DNA of 63,773 nt, counting the filler, from Licmophora abbreviata (lineage: Eukaryota): the NCBI GenBank assembly GCA_900291995.1. It is 16 parts of 16 records of this genome, joined end to end, with 100 filler letters (N's around TTAATTAATTAA, not from the genome) between each part and the next. Parts side by side here need not be neighbours in the genome. Positions count along the whole stretch, not along the records: positions 38,416 to 42,311 come from OLMU01005654.1; positions 42,412 to 46,744 come from OLMU01005655.1; positions 46,845 to 51,397 come from OLMU01005657.1; positions 51,498 to 52,636 come from OLMU01005658.1; 12 more parts are not named here. One strand, written 5' to 3'. The position numbers and the translations under genes are program-made. The notes under the pieces were generated by a model. That model was not told the DNA's origin. It did not search any database and saw nothing but the letters and a program-made list of their open reading frames with translations. Below are positions 40,728 through 51,903 of the stretch, in pieces (positions within the stretch are counted from its first letter, which is position 1; each line of letters starts with the position of its first letter).

Positions 40728-41960
40728 ATGCCGGACCGTGAGCGGATGGCCGTGGCGGGCAAGGATGGGGGCCCTGCCCCCGACGTTGAAATCCAAGGGG
40801 ATTTCAACGCCTTCCCCGGGATATTTCCGGCCAGAAGAAACCGCGGCGGGGTGTTGAGCCTGTCGCCGCTCAACCAGCGGCGCTGGCGGAATTTCAAGCG
40901 CAACAGGCGCGCGTTCTGGTCGCTGCTGATCTTCGGGGTGATCTTCACGATCACGCTCTTTGCTGAGTTCGTGGCCAACGACAAGCCGATCGTGCTGAAA
41001 TATCGCGGTGAGCTTTATATGCCGATCTTCACCTTCTATCCCGAAACCGCCTTTGGCGGGGATTTCGAGACCGAAGCGATCTATCGCGATCCGGAGGTGG
41101 AATGCCTGATCGTGTCGGGGGGGCTGGATATCTGTTTCGACGATCCCGAGGGCGTGCTGGAGGATGCGCAGGACGGTGTGGTCGATGGCGCGCAGATCGA
41201 GAAGGGGTGGACCCTGTGGCCGCTCATTCCCTACAGCTATGACACCACGGTGGACCGGCCCGGGGCCGCACCGTTGCCGCCCAATGCGCAGAACTGGCTG
41301 GGCACGGATGACACCAAGCGCGATGTGCTGGCGCGGGTGCTTTACGGGTTCCGATTGTCGGTGATGTTCACGCTGATCGTGACGGCGCTGTGTTCTGTGA
41401 TCGGGATTTTCGCGGGCGCGCTGCAGGGGTATTTCGGCGGGCGGCTGGATCTGATTTTCCAGCGGATCATCGAGATCTGGGCCGCGACGCCGCAAATCTA
41501 TGTCATCATCATCCTGTTTGCCATTCTGCCGCGAAGTTTCTGGTTGCTTGTGGCGATCACCGTTCTGTTTGGCTGGATGGCGCTTGTGGGCGTGGTGCGG
41601 GCTGAATTCCTGAGGGCGCGCAACCTTGAATATGTGCGCGCGGCCAAGGCTTTGGGCGTGAGCAACCTCACGATCATGTTCCGCCATATGCTGCCCAATG
41701 CGATGGTGGCCACGCTGACCATGCTGCCGTTCGTGATCACGGGCACGATCTCGCTTCTGGCGGGACTGGATTTCCTGGGCTTCGGGCTGCCGTCAAGCTC
41801 GCCCAGCCTGGGAGAGCTGACGTTGCAGGCCAAGCAGAACCTGCAGGCGCCGTGGCTGGCGTTCACGGCGTTCTTCGCCTTTGCAATCATGTTGTCGCTG
41901 CTGGTCTTCATCTTCGAAGGGGTGCGCGACGCGTTTGATCCGAGGAAGACCTTCGAATGA
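40728..41960 (+). CDS. yejE: ABC permease YejE (start may be further downstream)
   Basis: LSPLNQRRW..FKRNRR, LGTDD, RAEFLRARN, GVRDAFDPRK. Confidence 0.93.
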   Translation: MPDRERMAVAGKDGGPAPDVEIQGDFNAFPGIFPARRNRGGVLSLSPLNQRRWRNFKRNRRAFWSLLIFGVIFTITLFAEFVANDKPIVLKYRGELYMPIFTFYPETAFGGDFETEAIYRDPEVECLIVSGGLDICFDDPEGVLEDAQDGVVDGAQIEKGWTLWPLIPYSYDTTVDRPGAAPLPPNAQNWLGTDDTKRDVLARVLYGFRLSVMFTLIVTALCSVIGIFAGALQGYFGGRLDLIFQRIIEIWAATPQIYVIIILFAILPRSFWLLVAITVLFGWMALVGVVRAEFLRARNLEYVRAAKALGVSNLTIMFRHMLPNAMVATLTMLPFVITGTISLLAGLDFLGFGLPSSSPSLGELTLQAKQNLQAPWLAFTAFFAFAIMLSLLVFIFEGVRDAFDPRKTFE

Positions 41961-43688
41961 GTGTTTTGACGGTGACGGATCTGAAGGTCGGGTTTCGGCA
42001 GGACGGGCGGATCGTGCAGGCGGTGCATGGCGTGTCGTTCACGGTGGACCGGGGCGAGACGGTGGCACTGGTGGGCGAATCGGGTTCGGGCAAGTCTGTC
42101 ACGGCGTTGAGCACGGTGTCGTTGCTGGGGGCATCGGCGCAGGTCGAGGGCAGCGTCACCTATGACGGGCAGGAGATGATCGGCGCGCCTGACAAGCGGC
42201 TGCGCAAGGTCCGGGGCAATGACATCAGCTTCATTTTCCAGGAGCCGATGACGAGCCTCAACCCGCTGCACACGCTGGAAAAGCAGATCACCGAAAGTCT
42301 GGAACTGCATCNNNNNNNNNNNNNNNNNNNNNNNNNNNNNNNNNNNNNNNNNNNNTTAATTAATTAANNNNNNNNNNNNNNNNNNNNNNNNNNNNNNNNN
42401 NNNNNNNNNNNACACGCTGGAAAAGCAGATCACCGAAAGTCTGGAACTGCATCAGGGGCTGACCGGGGCCGAGGCGCGCGCGCGCATCGTGGAATTGCTG
42501 GAACGGGTGGGCATCCGGGACGCGGAAAGCCGGCTGACGGCCTATCCGCATCAATTGTCGGGGGGGCAGCGCCAAAGGGTGATGATCGCCATGGCGCTGG
42601 CCAACAAGCCAGACATCCTGATCGCGGACGAGCCGACCACGGCGCTGGATGTCACCATACAGGCGCAGATCCTGGAGCTGCTGGCCGAGCTCAAGCGCGA
42701 GGAGGGCATGGGGCTGTTGTTCATCACCCATGACCTCAACGTGGTGTCGCGGATCGCTGACAAGGTCTGCGTGATGAAGGACGGGCGGATCGTGGAAAGC
42801 GGGCCGGTGCGCGAGATCTTCGACACACCGCAGCATCCCTATACGCAGAAGCTTCTGGCGGCGCGGCCCTCGGGACGGCCGGAGCCGGTGCGCCTGGAGG
42901 CAAACGAGGTGGTGCGCACCGATGGGCTGCGCGTGTGGTTCCCGATCCAGCAGGGCTTCTTGCGCCGCACGGTGGGCCATGTGAAAGCGGTCAATGGCGC
43001 CACGATCAATGTACGGGCCGGCGAGACGCTTGGCATCGTGGGCGAAAGCGGATCGGGCAAGACGACGCTGGCGCTTGCGATCATGCGGCTGATCCAGTCC
43101 GAGGGCGGTATCACATTCGATGGCGAGGATGTGCATGGCTGGTCGACACGGGCGCTGCGCCGCAGGCGGCGGGACATGCAGATCGTTTTCCAGGATCCTT
43201 TCGGCAGCCTGAGCCCGCGCATGACCTGTGAGCAGATCATCGCGGAGGGTCTGGGCGTGCATGGCAATCCGGATGGCCGACCCGTGCGGGAGCTGGTGGC
43301 CGAGGTGATGCAGGAGGTGGATCTTGATCCGGTCACGATGGATCGTTATCCGCATGAATTTTCCGGGGGACAGCGGCAGCGCATCGCCATTGCCCGCGCC
43401 ATGATCCTGAGGCCCAAGATGGTCGTTCTGGACGAGCCGACATCGGCGCTCGACATGACGGTGCAAGTGCAGATCGTCGATCTGCTGCGCCGTCTGCAGG
43501 TGAAATACGGACTGGCCTATCTGTTCATCAGCCATGACCTGACCGTCGTGCGCGCCATGAGTCATCGGGTGGCGGTGATGAAACAGGGCGATATCGTGGA
43601 ATATGGCACCGCTGAGGATCTGTTCGAGCGTCCGCAGACCGAGTATGCCAAGACATTGCTGCAGGCCGCATTGGACGTGCCGGCCTGA
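41957..43688 (+). CDS. yejF: ABC double-ATPase YejF
   Basis: Two GESGSGK Walker A motifs; merging the 42-bp overlap across the gap gives 530 in-frame codons. Confidence 0.93.
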
Positions 43689-43743
43689 GGCCGTGCCTGC
43701 CGGGGCTTGGCCACGGTGCGGCAAAGCCGCGATGCTGCGCGCT

Positions 43744-44661
43744 TCAGCCGGGTGAGAGACCCGCGATCTCGATCATGAGCGCCGCGTGATCGCTGGCATG
43801 GGGGCGGTGCCGGCCCACATCCGGCAGGTGGGGGCCCTTGTTGCGCGCAGCTTCCAGAGCCATGCCATGACGCAGGATTTCGGGCATCGCATCCGGGCAG
43901 GCGCGGGCCAGTGCGGGGCTGGTGAGGATCTGATCCGGGCGGCCATATCGGTCTGACCAGGCGTCATGATAGGACCAGCGCGCATCCTCGGGCAATCGGT
44001 CCATCAGATTGACCGAGAAAGGCGGCAGGACAGGCGCCGTGGAGGGCGGATCCTTCGCGTCCCAAGGATCGTTCAGATCGCCGAGGATCAGCCACATGGC
44101 AGATGCGGGGTCATCGAACCGGGCCTCAATCAGGGCGCGCAGCGCGGCGGCTTCGAGGGCACGGACCGGGCGCGCGGCATCGGAATCGGGCGTAGGCGCC
44201 TTGAAATGCACGAGGAAAAGCGTGAGCCCCGCCAATTCCACCCGAAGGCAATCGCGCCGGAAAATCGGCGTTTCGGCATGCAGGCGCGGTGGCACGGCGA
44301 GCCCCAGATCGGCGGGGCGAAGGGCGGCATGGCTGACCACGTCGCGCGGCTGGATGCGCGACAGAAGCGCGATATCCAGACCGCGCCCGTCATTGCCGGG
44401 CAGGCAGATGCGGTGCGGATAGGGAGGCATGCCGGCGGGGATCAGGTAATGGTCGTGGAAATGATCCAGCGCCGCGCTGTCGAACACCTCTTGCAGGGCC
44501 AGCACATCGGCATCGAGATCGCGGATCACCTGCGCCGTGAGCATACGGTCGCGATGATCGAGAGAGGGATCGGCGCGTTCGGGCGTGTCGTCGTCATGCG
44601 CCCCACTCAAGTGGTCGCCGCGCAAGCGCAGCGACTGGACGTTGAACGTGGCGATGCGCAT
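43744..44661 (-). CDS. Endonuclease/exonuclease/phosphatase family protein
   Basis: IATFNV, ADVLALQEV, HFK, LGDLND, SDH. Confidence 0.88.
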   Translation of the reverse strand: MRIATFNVQSLRLRGDHLSGAHDDDTPERADPSLDHRDRMLTAQVIRDLDADVLALQEVFDSAALDHFHDHYLIPAGMPPYPHRICLPGNDGRGLDIALLSRIQPRDVVSHAALRPADLGLAVPPRLHAETPIFRRDCLRVELAGLTLFLVHFKAPTPDSDAARPVRALEAAALRALIEARFDDPASAMWLILGDLNDPWDAKDPPSTAPVLPPFSVNLMDRLPEDARWSYHDAWSDRYGRPDQILTSPALARACPDAMPEILRHGMALEAARNKGPHLPDVGRHRPHASDHAALMIEIAGLSPG

Positions 44662-44666
44662 CCGGC

Positions 44667-46022
44667 TCAGATGGCCGAGCTGTGGCCGGCCTTGCTGAGT
44701 TCATAGGCATCGAAGCTGCGCGCGATCATCCGCGTCAAGGGGCGCGCCTCGGGCGGAACAAAAAGGCCGTTGTCGTCGACTTTGACAAGCCCTTTGAACG
44801 GCGCGGCACCTGCCTCGAGCATCTTGCGGACGCGTTGCGGGCTGACACCGAAGCTGTCCGACATCTCGGCGGCGTCGATGCGGAACTCGCACATCAGCTG
44901 TTCTATCATCCGGCTGCGCAGGCGATCTTCGTCGCTGAAGGCATGGCCGCGGGCGGTGGAAAACTGCCCCTCGCGGATCGCGCCGGTATGTGCGCCCGTG
45001 GCGGGGGCGTTCTGGGCAAAGCCTTGCGGGAATTTCGAGATCGAGGATGCGCCCACACCGATCAGCACATCGGCTGTATCGTCGGTATAGCCCTGAAAGT
45101 TGCGCCGAAGCCGTCCGGCCTTGAGCGCGGTGGTCAACCCGTCATCCTGCGTGGCGAAATGGTCGATCCCGATCTCGGCGTAATTGTCCCACAAGAAGAG
45201 GCGACGCGCGGTTTCGTAAAGCTCGAGCCGTTCCTCGGGGGTGGGCAGCGCGTCGGAGGGCAGCATCTGCTGGCGCTTGGCCATCCACGGCACATGGGCA
45301 TAGCCATAAAGTGCAACGCGGTCGGGATTGAGCGACAGAAGCTTTTGCACGCTTTCGGTGATCCGCGCCTTGCTTTGATGGGGCAGGCCGTAAAGGATAT
45401 CGGCGTTCAGGCTGGCGACGCCACGGGCGCGAATTTCGTCGGCGGCCCATTTCGTGATGTCATAGCCCTGAAGCCTGCCGATCGAGCGCTGGATGTCATC
45501 GTTGAAATCCTGCACCCCGATCGAAGCGCGGTTCATCCCCGCCGCCGCCAGCGCATCGAGGCGGGGGCCGTCGATCTCGTTTGGGTCGATTTCGACCGAG
45601 AATTCGGTCTCGTCGGTGAAGGGCGCGATCTTCTTTATGGCCTCGGCCAGCTCCTGCATCATCGACGGCTGAAGCAGGGTCGGCGTGCCGCCGCCCCAGT
45701 GCAGGCGCGACAATTGCACGCCACGGGGCAGGTGCTTGCCCAGCATCTGTAATTCGGTCTTCAGGGTTTCGAGATAGGCGATGACCGGCTTGTCGGTCTG
45801 CGTGCCCTGAGTGCGGCAGGCACAGAACCAGCACAGTCTCCTGCAGAACGGGACATGCACGTAAAGCGATATCTTTGCGCCCTGCGGAATCGCCTCGATC
45901 CAGCGGATGAAATCCCCGGCGCCGATGTCGCGCCCGAAATGAGGTGCCGTTGGATAGCTTGTGTAACGCGGTACCTTCGCGTCAAACAGTCCCAAATTGG
46001 CGAGTTGTGCTTTCGTAACCAT
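44667..46022 (-). CDS. hemN: Oxygen-independent coproporphyrinogen III oxidase
   Basis: PRYTSYPTA, CRRLCWFC, GGGTPT, IGIDHFA, RNFQGYT. Confidence 0.97.
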   Translation of the reverse strand: MVTKAQLANLGLFDAKVPRYTSYPTAPHFGRDIGAGDFIRWIEAIPQGAKISLYVHVPFCRRLCWFCACRTQGTQTDKPVIAYLETLKTELQMLGKHLPRGVQLSRLHWGGGTPTLLQPSMMQELAEAIKKIAPFTDETEFSVEIDPNEIDGPRLDALAAAGMNRASIGVQDFNDDIQRSIGRLQGYDITKWAADEIRARGVASLNADILYGLPHQSKARITESVQKLLSLNPDRVALYGYAHVPWMAKRQQMLPSDALPTPEERLELYETARRLFLWDNYAEIGIDHFATQDDGLTTALKAGRLRRNFQGYTDDTADVLIGVGASSISKFPQGFAQNAPATGAHTGAIREGQFSTARGHAFSDEDRLRSRMIEQLMCEFRIDAAEMSDSFGVSPQRVRKMLEAGAAPFKGLVKVDDNGLFVPPEARPLTRMIARSFDAYELSKAGHSSAI

Positions 46023-46057
46023 GCATGAAGTGTTAAATTAGGTTTACAAGTCCGGCC

Positions 46058-46071
46058 TTGATTCAGATCAA
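46058..46071. promoter_or_regulatory. FNR box between divergent hemN and fnrL
   Basis: TTGAT-TCAG-ATCAA, perfect consensus. Confidence 0.92.
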
Positions 46072-46090
46072 CACCTTTAAGAGAACCGCC

Positions 46091-46744
46091 ATGCTCAACG
46101 AAGATACAAAGGCAATGCCGCGCGAATGCGGTGATTGCCCTATCCGGCATCGTGCCGTTTGCGCACGCTGCGAAGCCGATGAGCTGGAGCGTCTGGATCA
46201 GATCAAATATTACAGGAACTTCGAGGCCGGTCAGACCGTGATCTGGGCCGGGGACAAGATGGATTTCGTCGGGTCGGTTGTGTCGGGTATCGCCACGCTG
46301 ACACAGGCGATGGAAGATGGTCGGACCCAGATGGTCGGGCTGTTGCTGCCGAGTGACTTCGTGGGGCGTCCCGGGCGTGTCACGGCCGCGTATGACGTGG
46401 TGGCCACAACCGATTTGGTGATGTGCTGTTTCCGCAAGCAGCCGTTCGAGGATATGCTGAGCCGCACACCGCATATCGCGCAGCGCCTGCTGGAGATGAC
46501 GCTCGATGAGCTGGATGCCGCCCGCGAATGGATGCTGGTGCTGGGGCGCAAGACTGCGCGTGAGAAGATTGCGAGCTTGCTGTCGATCATCGCGCGCCGG
46601 GATGCCGCGCTCAACACGGTGGGCCGGACGGGGCCGATGGTGTTCGATCTGCCGCTGACCCGCGAGGCGATGGCCGATTATCTGGGTCTGACGCTGGAAA
46701 CGGTGAGCCGGCAGATCTCGGCGCTCAAGCGCGACGGGGTCATC
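46091..46744 (+). CDS. fnrL: FNR-type O2 sensor FnrL (3' end in gap)
   Basis: CGDCPIRHRAVC Cys cluster, LGRKTAREKIAS, ADYLGLTLETVSR HTH. Confidence 0.95.
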
Positions 46745-46891
46745 NNNNNNNNNNNNNNNNNNNNNNNNNNNNNNNNNNNNNNNNNNNNTTAATTAATTAA
46801 NNNNNNNNNNNNNNNNNNNNNNNNNNNNNNNNNNNNNNNNNNNNCTTGAAATCTCTGTCTTTACGCAAATCACGTCGTGGCCCTGTCTGCC

Positions 46892-46937
46892 TTGATACGC
46901 GTCAACAAATCAGCCGCTTAGCTTTGATGCAGATCAA
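46892..46937 (+). promoter_or_regulatory. Two FNR boxes upstream of ccoN
   Basis: TTGAT-ACGC-GTCAA (46892-46905) and TTGAT-GCAG-ATCAA (46924-46937). Confidence 0.9.
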
Positions 46938-47031
46938 GGCGGCCCGGGACTGTGAGCTTCATTAACGGACCAGTCTAAACGCGCCTGCGCGATGTGTTCG
47001 AATCGCGTGGAAAGAGACGAAGGGACGCAAA

Positions 47032-48636
47032 ATGACGAACTATTTCAAACTGATCGTGCTGGGGGTTATCACGCTGCTTGCGCTGATCGCCGCCAATTAC
47101 GCGCGCGATCTGGCCTATCTGGTCAATGCGCTGACCGTGGCGCTTGTGGCTGCTGGCCTCTTCCTGTGGATCCTGCGCCAGACGGAAGAGCCGGTGACCA
47201 AGGTCGACCTGTCCGGTGAATACATGGATGGCGTCGTGCGCGCCGGCGTGGTGGCGACCGCCCTGTGGGGGGTCGTCGGTTTCCTGGCCGGCACGTTCAT
47301 CGCTTTCCAGCTTGCGTTCCCGCAGCTGAATTTCGAATGGGCCCAAGGCTATATGAATTTCGGTCGTCTACGTCCCTTGCATACCAGCGCCGTGATTTTC
47401 GCCTTCGGTGGCAACGCCCTGATCGCCACCTCGTTCTATGTGGTGCAGCGGACATCGGCGGCGCGGCTCTGGGGTGGGAACCTCGCATGGTTCGTCTTCT
47501 GGGGGTATCAGCTGGTCATCGTGCTGGCGGCGACCGGATATATTCTGGGAGCGACGCAGTCCAAGGAATATGCCGAGCCTGAATGGTATGTGGACTGGTG
47601 GCTGACCATCGTGTGGCTGGCCTATCTGGCGGTGTTCCTGGGCACGATCGTGCGCCGCAAGGAGCCGCATATCTACGTGGCCAACTGGTTCTACCTGAGC
47701 TTCATCATCACGGTGGCGATGCTGCATGTGGTCAACAACCTGTCGATCCCGGTCTCGGTGTTCGGCTCGAAATCAGTGCAGGTCTTCTCGGGCGTGCAGG
47801 ATGCGATGACCCAGTGGTGGTACGGCCATAACGCCGTGGGCTTCTTCCTGACGGCGGGCTTTCTCGGGATGATGTACTATTTCGTTCCGAAACAGGCCGA
47901 GCGCCCTGTCTATAGCTACAAGCTGTCGATCATCCACTTCTGGGCGCTGATCTTCATCTATATCTGGGCCGGTCCGCACCATCTGCACTACACTGCGCTG
48001 CCTGACTGGGCGTCGACTCTTGGCATGGTGTTCTCGATCGTTCTGTGGATGCCGTCCTGGGGCGGGATGATCAACGGCCTGATGACGCTTTCGGGCGCAT
48101 GGGACAAACTGCGCACCGATCCGATCATCCGGATGATGGTGATCTCCATCGGCTTTTACGGCATGTCGACCTTCGAAGGCCCGATGATGTCGATCCGCGC
48201 GGTCAACTCGCTGTCGCATTACACCGACTGGACAATCGGGCATGTGCATTCCGGCGCCCTTGGCTGGAACGGCATGATCACCTTCGGCGCGCTCTACTTC
48301 CTTGTGCCGCGTCTGTGGAACCGCGAGCGGCTCTATTCGCTGTCGATGGTCAGCTGGCACTTCTGGCTCGCCACGATCGGCATCATCCTCTACGCGGCGT
48401 CCATGTGGGTGACCGGCATCATGGAGGGCCTGATGTGGCGCGAAGTCGATGCCAACGGTTTCCTCGTGAACTCGTTCGCCGACACCGTGGATGCCAAGCT
48501 GCCCATGTACATCGTGCGTGGTCTGGGCGGGGTGCTCTACATCACTGGCGCAATCATCATGTGCTACAACCTCTTCATGACCGTCAAACGGAGCCCGGCA
48601 GTAGACGCCCGCAACTCCGTTGTCCCGGCCGAATAA
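47032..48636 (+). CDS. ccoN: cbb3 cytochrome c oxidase subunit I
   Basis: [32 protein letters not shown]. Confidence 0.98.
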   Translation: MTNYFKLIVLGVITLLALIAANYARDLAYLVNALTVALVAAGLFLWILRQTEEPVTKVDLSGEYMDGVVRAGVVATALWGVVGFLAGTFIAFQLAFPQLNFEWAQGYMNFGRLRPLHTSAVIFAFGGNALIATSFYVVQRTSAARLWGGNLAWFVFWGYQLVIVLAATGYILGATQSKEYAEPEWYVDWWLTIVWLAYLAVFLGTIVRRKEPHIYVANWFYLSFIITVAMLHVVNNLSIPVSVFGSKSVQVFSGVQDAMTQWWYGHNAVGFFLTAGFLGMMYYFVPKQAERPVYSYKLSIIHFWALIFIYIWAGPHHLHYTALPDWASTLGMVFSIVLWMPSWGGMINGLMTLSGAWDKLRTDPIIRMMVISIGFYGMSTFEGPMMSIRAVNSLSHYTDWTIGHVHSGALGWNGMITFGALYFLVPRLWNRERLYSLSMVSWHFWLATIGIILYAASMWVTGIMEGLMWREVDANGFLVNSFADTVDAKLPMYIVRGLGGVLYITGAIIMCYNLFMTVKRSPAVDARNSVVPAE

Positions 48637-48651
48637 GAAAGGGACCGACCA

Positions 48652-49380
48652 ATGGCAATTCTCGACAAACACAAGATCCTTGAGAAGAACGTCACTCTTC
48701 TTGCGATCTTTGCCTTTCTGGTGGTCACCATCGGCGGCATCGTGCAGATCGCACCGCTGTTCTGGCTGGAAAACACCATCGAGGATGTAGAGGGCATGCG
48801 CCCCTACACCCCGCTGGAGCTGACGGGCCGGGATATCTATATCCGCGAAGGCTGCTATGTCTGCCACAGTCAGATGATCCGGCCCATGCGCGACGAGGTG
48901 GAACGCTATGGCCATTACAGTCTGGCGGCGGAGTCGCAGTATGACCATCCGTTCCAGTGGGGGTCCAAGCGGACCGGGCCGGATCTGGCCCGTGTCGGTG
49001 GCCGCTACTCGGATGACTGGCACGTGGATCACCTGCGCGATCCGCAATCCGTGGTGCCGGAATCGGTCATGCCGAAATACGGCTACCTTGAAAACCGCAT
49101 GATCGAGCCGGAATATACGGCAGACCTGCTCAAGACCCATGCGCTTGTCGGTGTGCCCTATACCGACGAGATGATCGAGAATGCAGCCGCGGATTTCCGC
49201 GCGCAGATCGATCCGTTCGGTGATTATGACGGGCTGATCGAGCGCTATGGCGAGAAGGTCAACGTGCGGAACTTCGACGGCCAGGCCGGGATTTCCGAGG
49301 CGGATGCGCTGATCGCCTATCTGCAAATGCTTGGCACGCTGGTCGATTTCTCGACCTTCACGCCCGTGGCCAGCCGATAA
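48652..49380 (+). CDS. ccoO: cbb3 oxidase subunit II
   Basis: [25 protein letters not shown]. Confidence 0.98.
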   Translation: MAILDKHKILEKNVTLLAIFAFLVVTIGGIVQIAPLFWLENTIEDVEGMRPYTPLELTGRDIYIREGCYVCHSQMIRPMRDEVERYGHYSLAAESQYDHPFQWGSKRTGPDLARVGGRYSDDWHVDHLRDPQSVVPESVMPKYGYLENRMIEPEYTADLLKTHALVGVPYTDEMIENAAADFRAQIDPFGDYDGLIERYGEKVNVRNFDGQAGISEADALIAYLQMLGTLVDFSTFTPVASR

Positions 49381-49392
49381 GGAGGACAGATC

Positions 49393-49587
49393 ATGGAAAC
49401 CTATTCTCTGCTCCGCGAATTCGCCGACAGCTGGATGCTGCTGTTCCTGTTCGTCTTCTTCATCGGTGTGGTGCTTTGGGTCTTTCGGCCCGGCGCGACC
49501 GAAACATACGAAGATCCGTCAGGCATCCCCTTCCGGCATGAAGACAAACCCGCCCGCGAGGGTGAGGCCGACGCCAAGGAGGCGTGA
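49393..49587 (+). CDS. ccoQ: cbb3 oxidase subunit CcoQ
   Basis: METYSLLREFADSW, single TM, position in operon. Confidence 0.93.
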   Translation: METYSLLREFADSWMLLFLFVFFIGVVLWVFRPGATETYEDPSGIPFRHEDKPAREGEADAKEA

Positions 49588-49592
49588 GAGAC

Positions 49593-50462
49593 ATGGCTAA
49601 GAAATCCGACAAGAAGCACGAGGTCGAAACCACCGGCCATGAGTGGGACGGTATTGAAGAGTACAACAACCCCCTGCCGCGCTGGTGGCTGTGGATCTTC
49701 TATGCCACCATCGTTTGGGCCATCTGGTACTCGATCGCCTATCCGGCATGGCCGATGATCTCGGGGGCGACCTCGGGCTATATGGGCTGGTCCACGCGAG
49801 AGAATGTCGCCCAGGAGATCGCCGAGGCGGAGGCCGCCAATGCAGGCATCAACGCACAGCTGGCGTCGGTGGAATTGACCGCGATCGCCGACGATCCCGA
49901 GCTTGCCACCTATGCGCGGTCTGCCGGTTCGTCCGTCTTCAAGACGTGGTGCGCCCAGTGCCACGGTTCAGGCGCGGCGGGCGCCAAGGGATATCCCAAC
50001 CTGCAGGATGACGCATGGCTTTGGGGTGGTACGATCGAGGATATCCATTATTCGATCAAGCATGGCATCCGGAACGAGGAAGACCCCGACGCGCGCTATT
50101 CGCAGATGCCCGCCTTCGGTGAGATCCTTGAGGCCGAGCAGATCGATCAGGTGGTCAACTACGTGATGTCGATGTCGCCCAGCTATGAGCCGCGCGACGC
50201 ATCTATGGTCGCCGCCGGAGAGCAGGTCTATCTCGACAATTGCGCGGTCTGTCATGGTGACGGCGGTGAAGGCGACATCTATCAGGGTGCGCCCAACCTG
50301 TCGGACGCGATCTGGCTTTACGGCGGGGATTACGACACCCTTCAGCATACGGTCACCTATTCGCGATTCGGTGTCATGCCTCCGATGGGCGGCGCCGAGT
50401 TGAACGAGGCCGAGATCCGCGCCGTGGCCACTTATGTCCACCAACTGGGTGGCGGGGAATGA
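49593..50462 (+). CDS. ccoP: cbb3 oxidase subunit III (diheme)
   Basis: TTGHEWDGIEEYNNPLPRWW, CAQCH, CAVCH. Confidence 0.97.
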   Translation: MAKKSDKKHEVETTGHEWDGIEEYNNPLPRWWLWIFYATIVWAIWYSIAYPAWPMISGATSGYMGWSTRENVAQEIAEAEAANAGINAQLASVELTAIADDPELATYARSAGSSVFKTWCAQCHGSGAAGAKGYPNLQDDAWLWGGTIEDIHYSIKHGIRNEEDPDARYSQMPAFGEILEAEQIDQVVNYVMSMSPSYEPRDASMVAAGEQVYLDNCAVCHGDGGEGDIYQGAPNLSDAIWLYGGDYDTLQHTVTYSRFGVMPPMGGAELNEAEIRAVATYVHQLGGGE

Positions 50463-50516
50463 TCCTGCGACCCTGACAAAGAGATACCCACGTGTGGTTC
50501 GCCACCCGTGGGGTCA

Positions 50517-50564
50517 GGCACCGGCCTTCCGTCCTGTTCGCGCGTTTCCAGGAAGGCCGGTGCC
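50517..50564. terminator. Perfect 14-bp stem-loop downstream of ccoP
   Basis: GGCACCGGCCTTCC...GGAAGGCCGGTGCC; only a weak U-tract. Confidence 0.55.
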
Positions 50565-50690
50565 AATTTCGTGACCGTGAGGGGCCAAAGCTCGCCTCGA
50601 TCAGGTCACGCCCGGCACCCGGCACCGTGATCGTTGCGCGCGCAAGCCTCGGGATGCCCCCCCACACAATCAGACCATGACCGGACGTGC

Positions 50691-50846
50691 TCAGTCCCGT
50701 CTGCGCGCTTCGAGATGAGCCTCGATTTCGGCGCGGCGGCGGTTGTCGAAGCGTTCGGAGCGCGACCAGTGGCTTGGCGGCCCCCAGCGATCGTTGGGGG
50801 CGTTGCGTGTGGCGGTCATGAAATATTTTGCAAATACGTTCAGCAT
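50691..50846 (-). CDS. Small 51-aa hypothetical protein divergent from LysR
   Basis: Below ORF-track cutoff; MLNVFAKYFMTATRNAPNDRWGPPSHWSRSERFDNRRRAEIEAHLEARRRD*, RBS AGAAAGGG. Confidence 0.65.
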   Translation of the reverse strand: MLNVFAKYFMTATRNAPNDRWGPPSHWSRSERFDNRRRAEIEAHLEARRRD

Positions 50847-50927
50847 GGCGTGCCCTTTCTTGGGGTGATTTGTCCTATGAATATGGGGATAAACCTGCCA
50901 TTCTGCGACTCAGGAAAAATTGTAACC

Positions 50928-50944
50928 TGTAAGGTGAGATTACA
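50928..50944. promoter_or_regulatory. Putative LysR recognition palindrome
   Basis: TGTAA-N7-TTACA containing T-N11-A, just before the LysR ATG. Confidence 0.55.
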
Positions 50945-50946
50945 TC

Positions 50947-51884
50947 ATGGATTGGCTGTCCATGCCGCCTTTGACCGCCTTGCGCGCCTTTTCCGCATTG
51001 GCCGAGACCGGATCGGCCAGTGCCGCTGGCGCTGCGCTGAATGTCAGCCATGCCGCGATCAGCCAGCAGGTCAAGGCGCTCGAAGGGCATATGGGCGTCG
51101 CGCTGGTGGATCGGTCCGGTCGGCATTTGACGCTGACGCTTGCGGGGCGCGATCTGGCCGATGCGCTGCGCGCGGGCTTTGGTGCCATTGCGCGCACCGT
51201 CGAGGCGCTGACCGGCGCGGATGCCGACCGGCCGTTGCAGATTTCGACCACGCCGGGTTTTGCCGCGCAATGGCTGATGCCGCGGCTTCTGGATTTCCGC
51301 AACCGGCATCCCGACGTGGATGTGATGATCAATCCCACCCCTGAACGTGTCGCACTCGAACCCGGCGGCATCGATATCGCCATCCGGCACGGCATGGNNN
51401 NNNNNNNNNNNNNNNNNNNNNNNNNNNNNNNNNNNNNNNNNTTAATTAATTAANNNNNNNNNNNNNNNNNNNNNNNNNNNNNNNNNNNNNNNNNNNNCTG
51501 GTGGTGGTGGCCGCGCCGTCGCTGGTGGCGGGCCGCAGCATCACGCGGCCCGAGGATCTGATCGACCTGCCCTGGGTGCAGGAATACGGCACGTCCGAGT
51601 CGACCGACTGGCTGAGCCGCAAGGGGCTTGCCTCGTTCCGCATCGGTGGCATGACGCAGGTGCCCGGCAACCTTCTGCTGGAAGGGGTGCGCCAGGGGCA
51701 GGGCGTTTCGCTGACCGTGCGGCAATGGGTCGAGGATGACGTGGCGGCGGGCCGCCTGAAATTGCTGTTCGAAGAACCCGAGGACACCGCTTATTACATC
51801 GTCACGCGGCCCGGTGCGCCACGCAGCAAGGCCAAGGCCTTTATCGGATGGCTGCGCAAGCAGGCCGCGGCATCGGCGAATTGA
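50947..51884 (+). CDS. LysR-family (GcvA-like) regulator, split by gap
   Basis: MPPLTALRAF..LNVSHAAISQQVKALE HTH, WLMPRL, DIAIRHG, FIGWL. Confidence 0.9.
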
Positions 51885-51903
51885 TCACTTTCAGAGTCAG
51901 AAT

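Noticed and set aside
39363..41687. 774-aa minus-strand ORF (also 24386-25987, 42360-43724, 47773-49326, 61325-63196)
   Set aside because: Antisense shadows of well-supported genes in high-GC DNA, with no recognisable motifs
42270..42453. 42-bp direct repeat in yejF
   Set aside because: Same artefact; merging gives one 530-codon gene
46745..46844. Claiming fnrL is directly adjacent to ccoN
   Set aside because: True gap size is unknown and could hide genes
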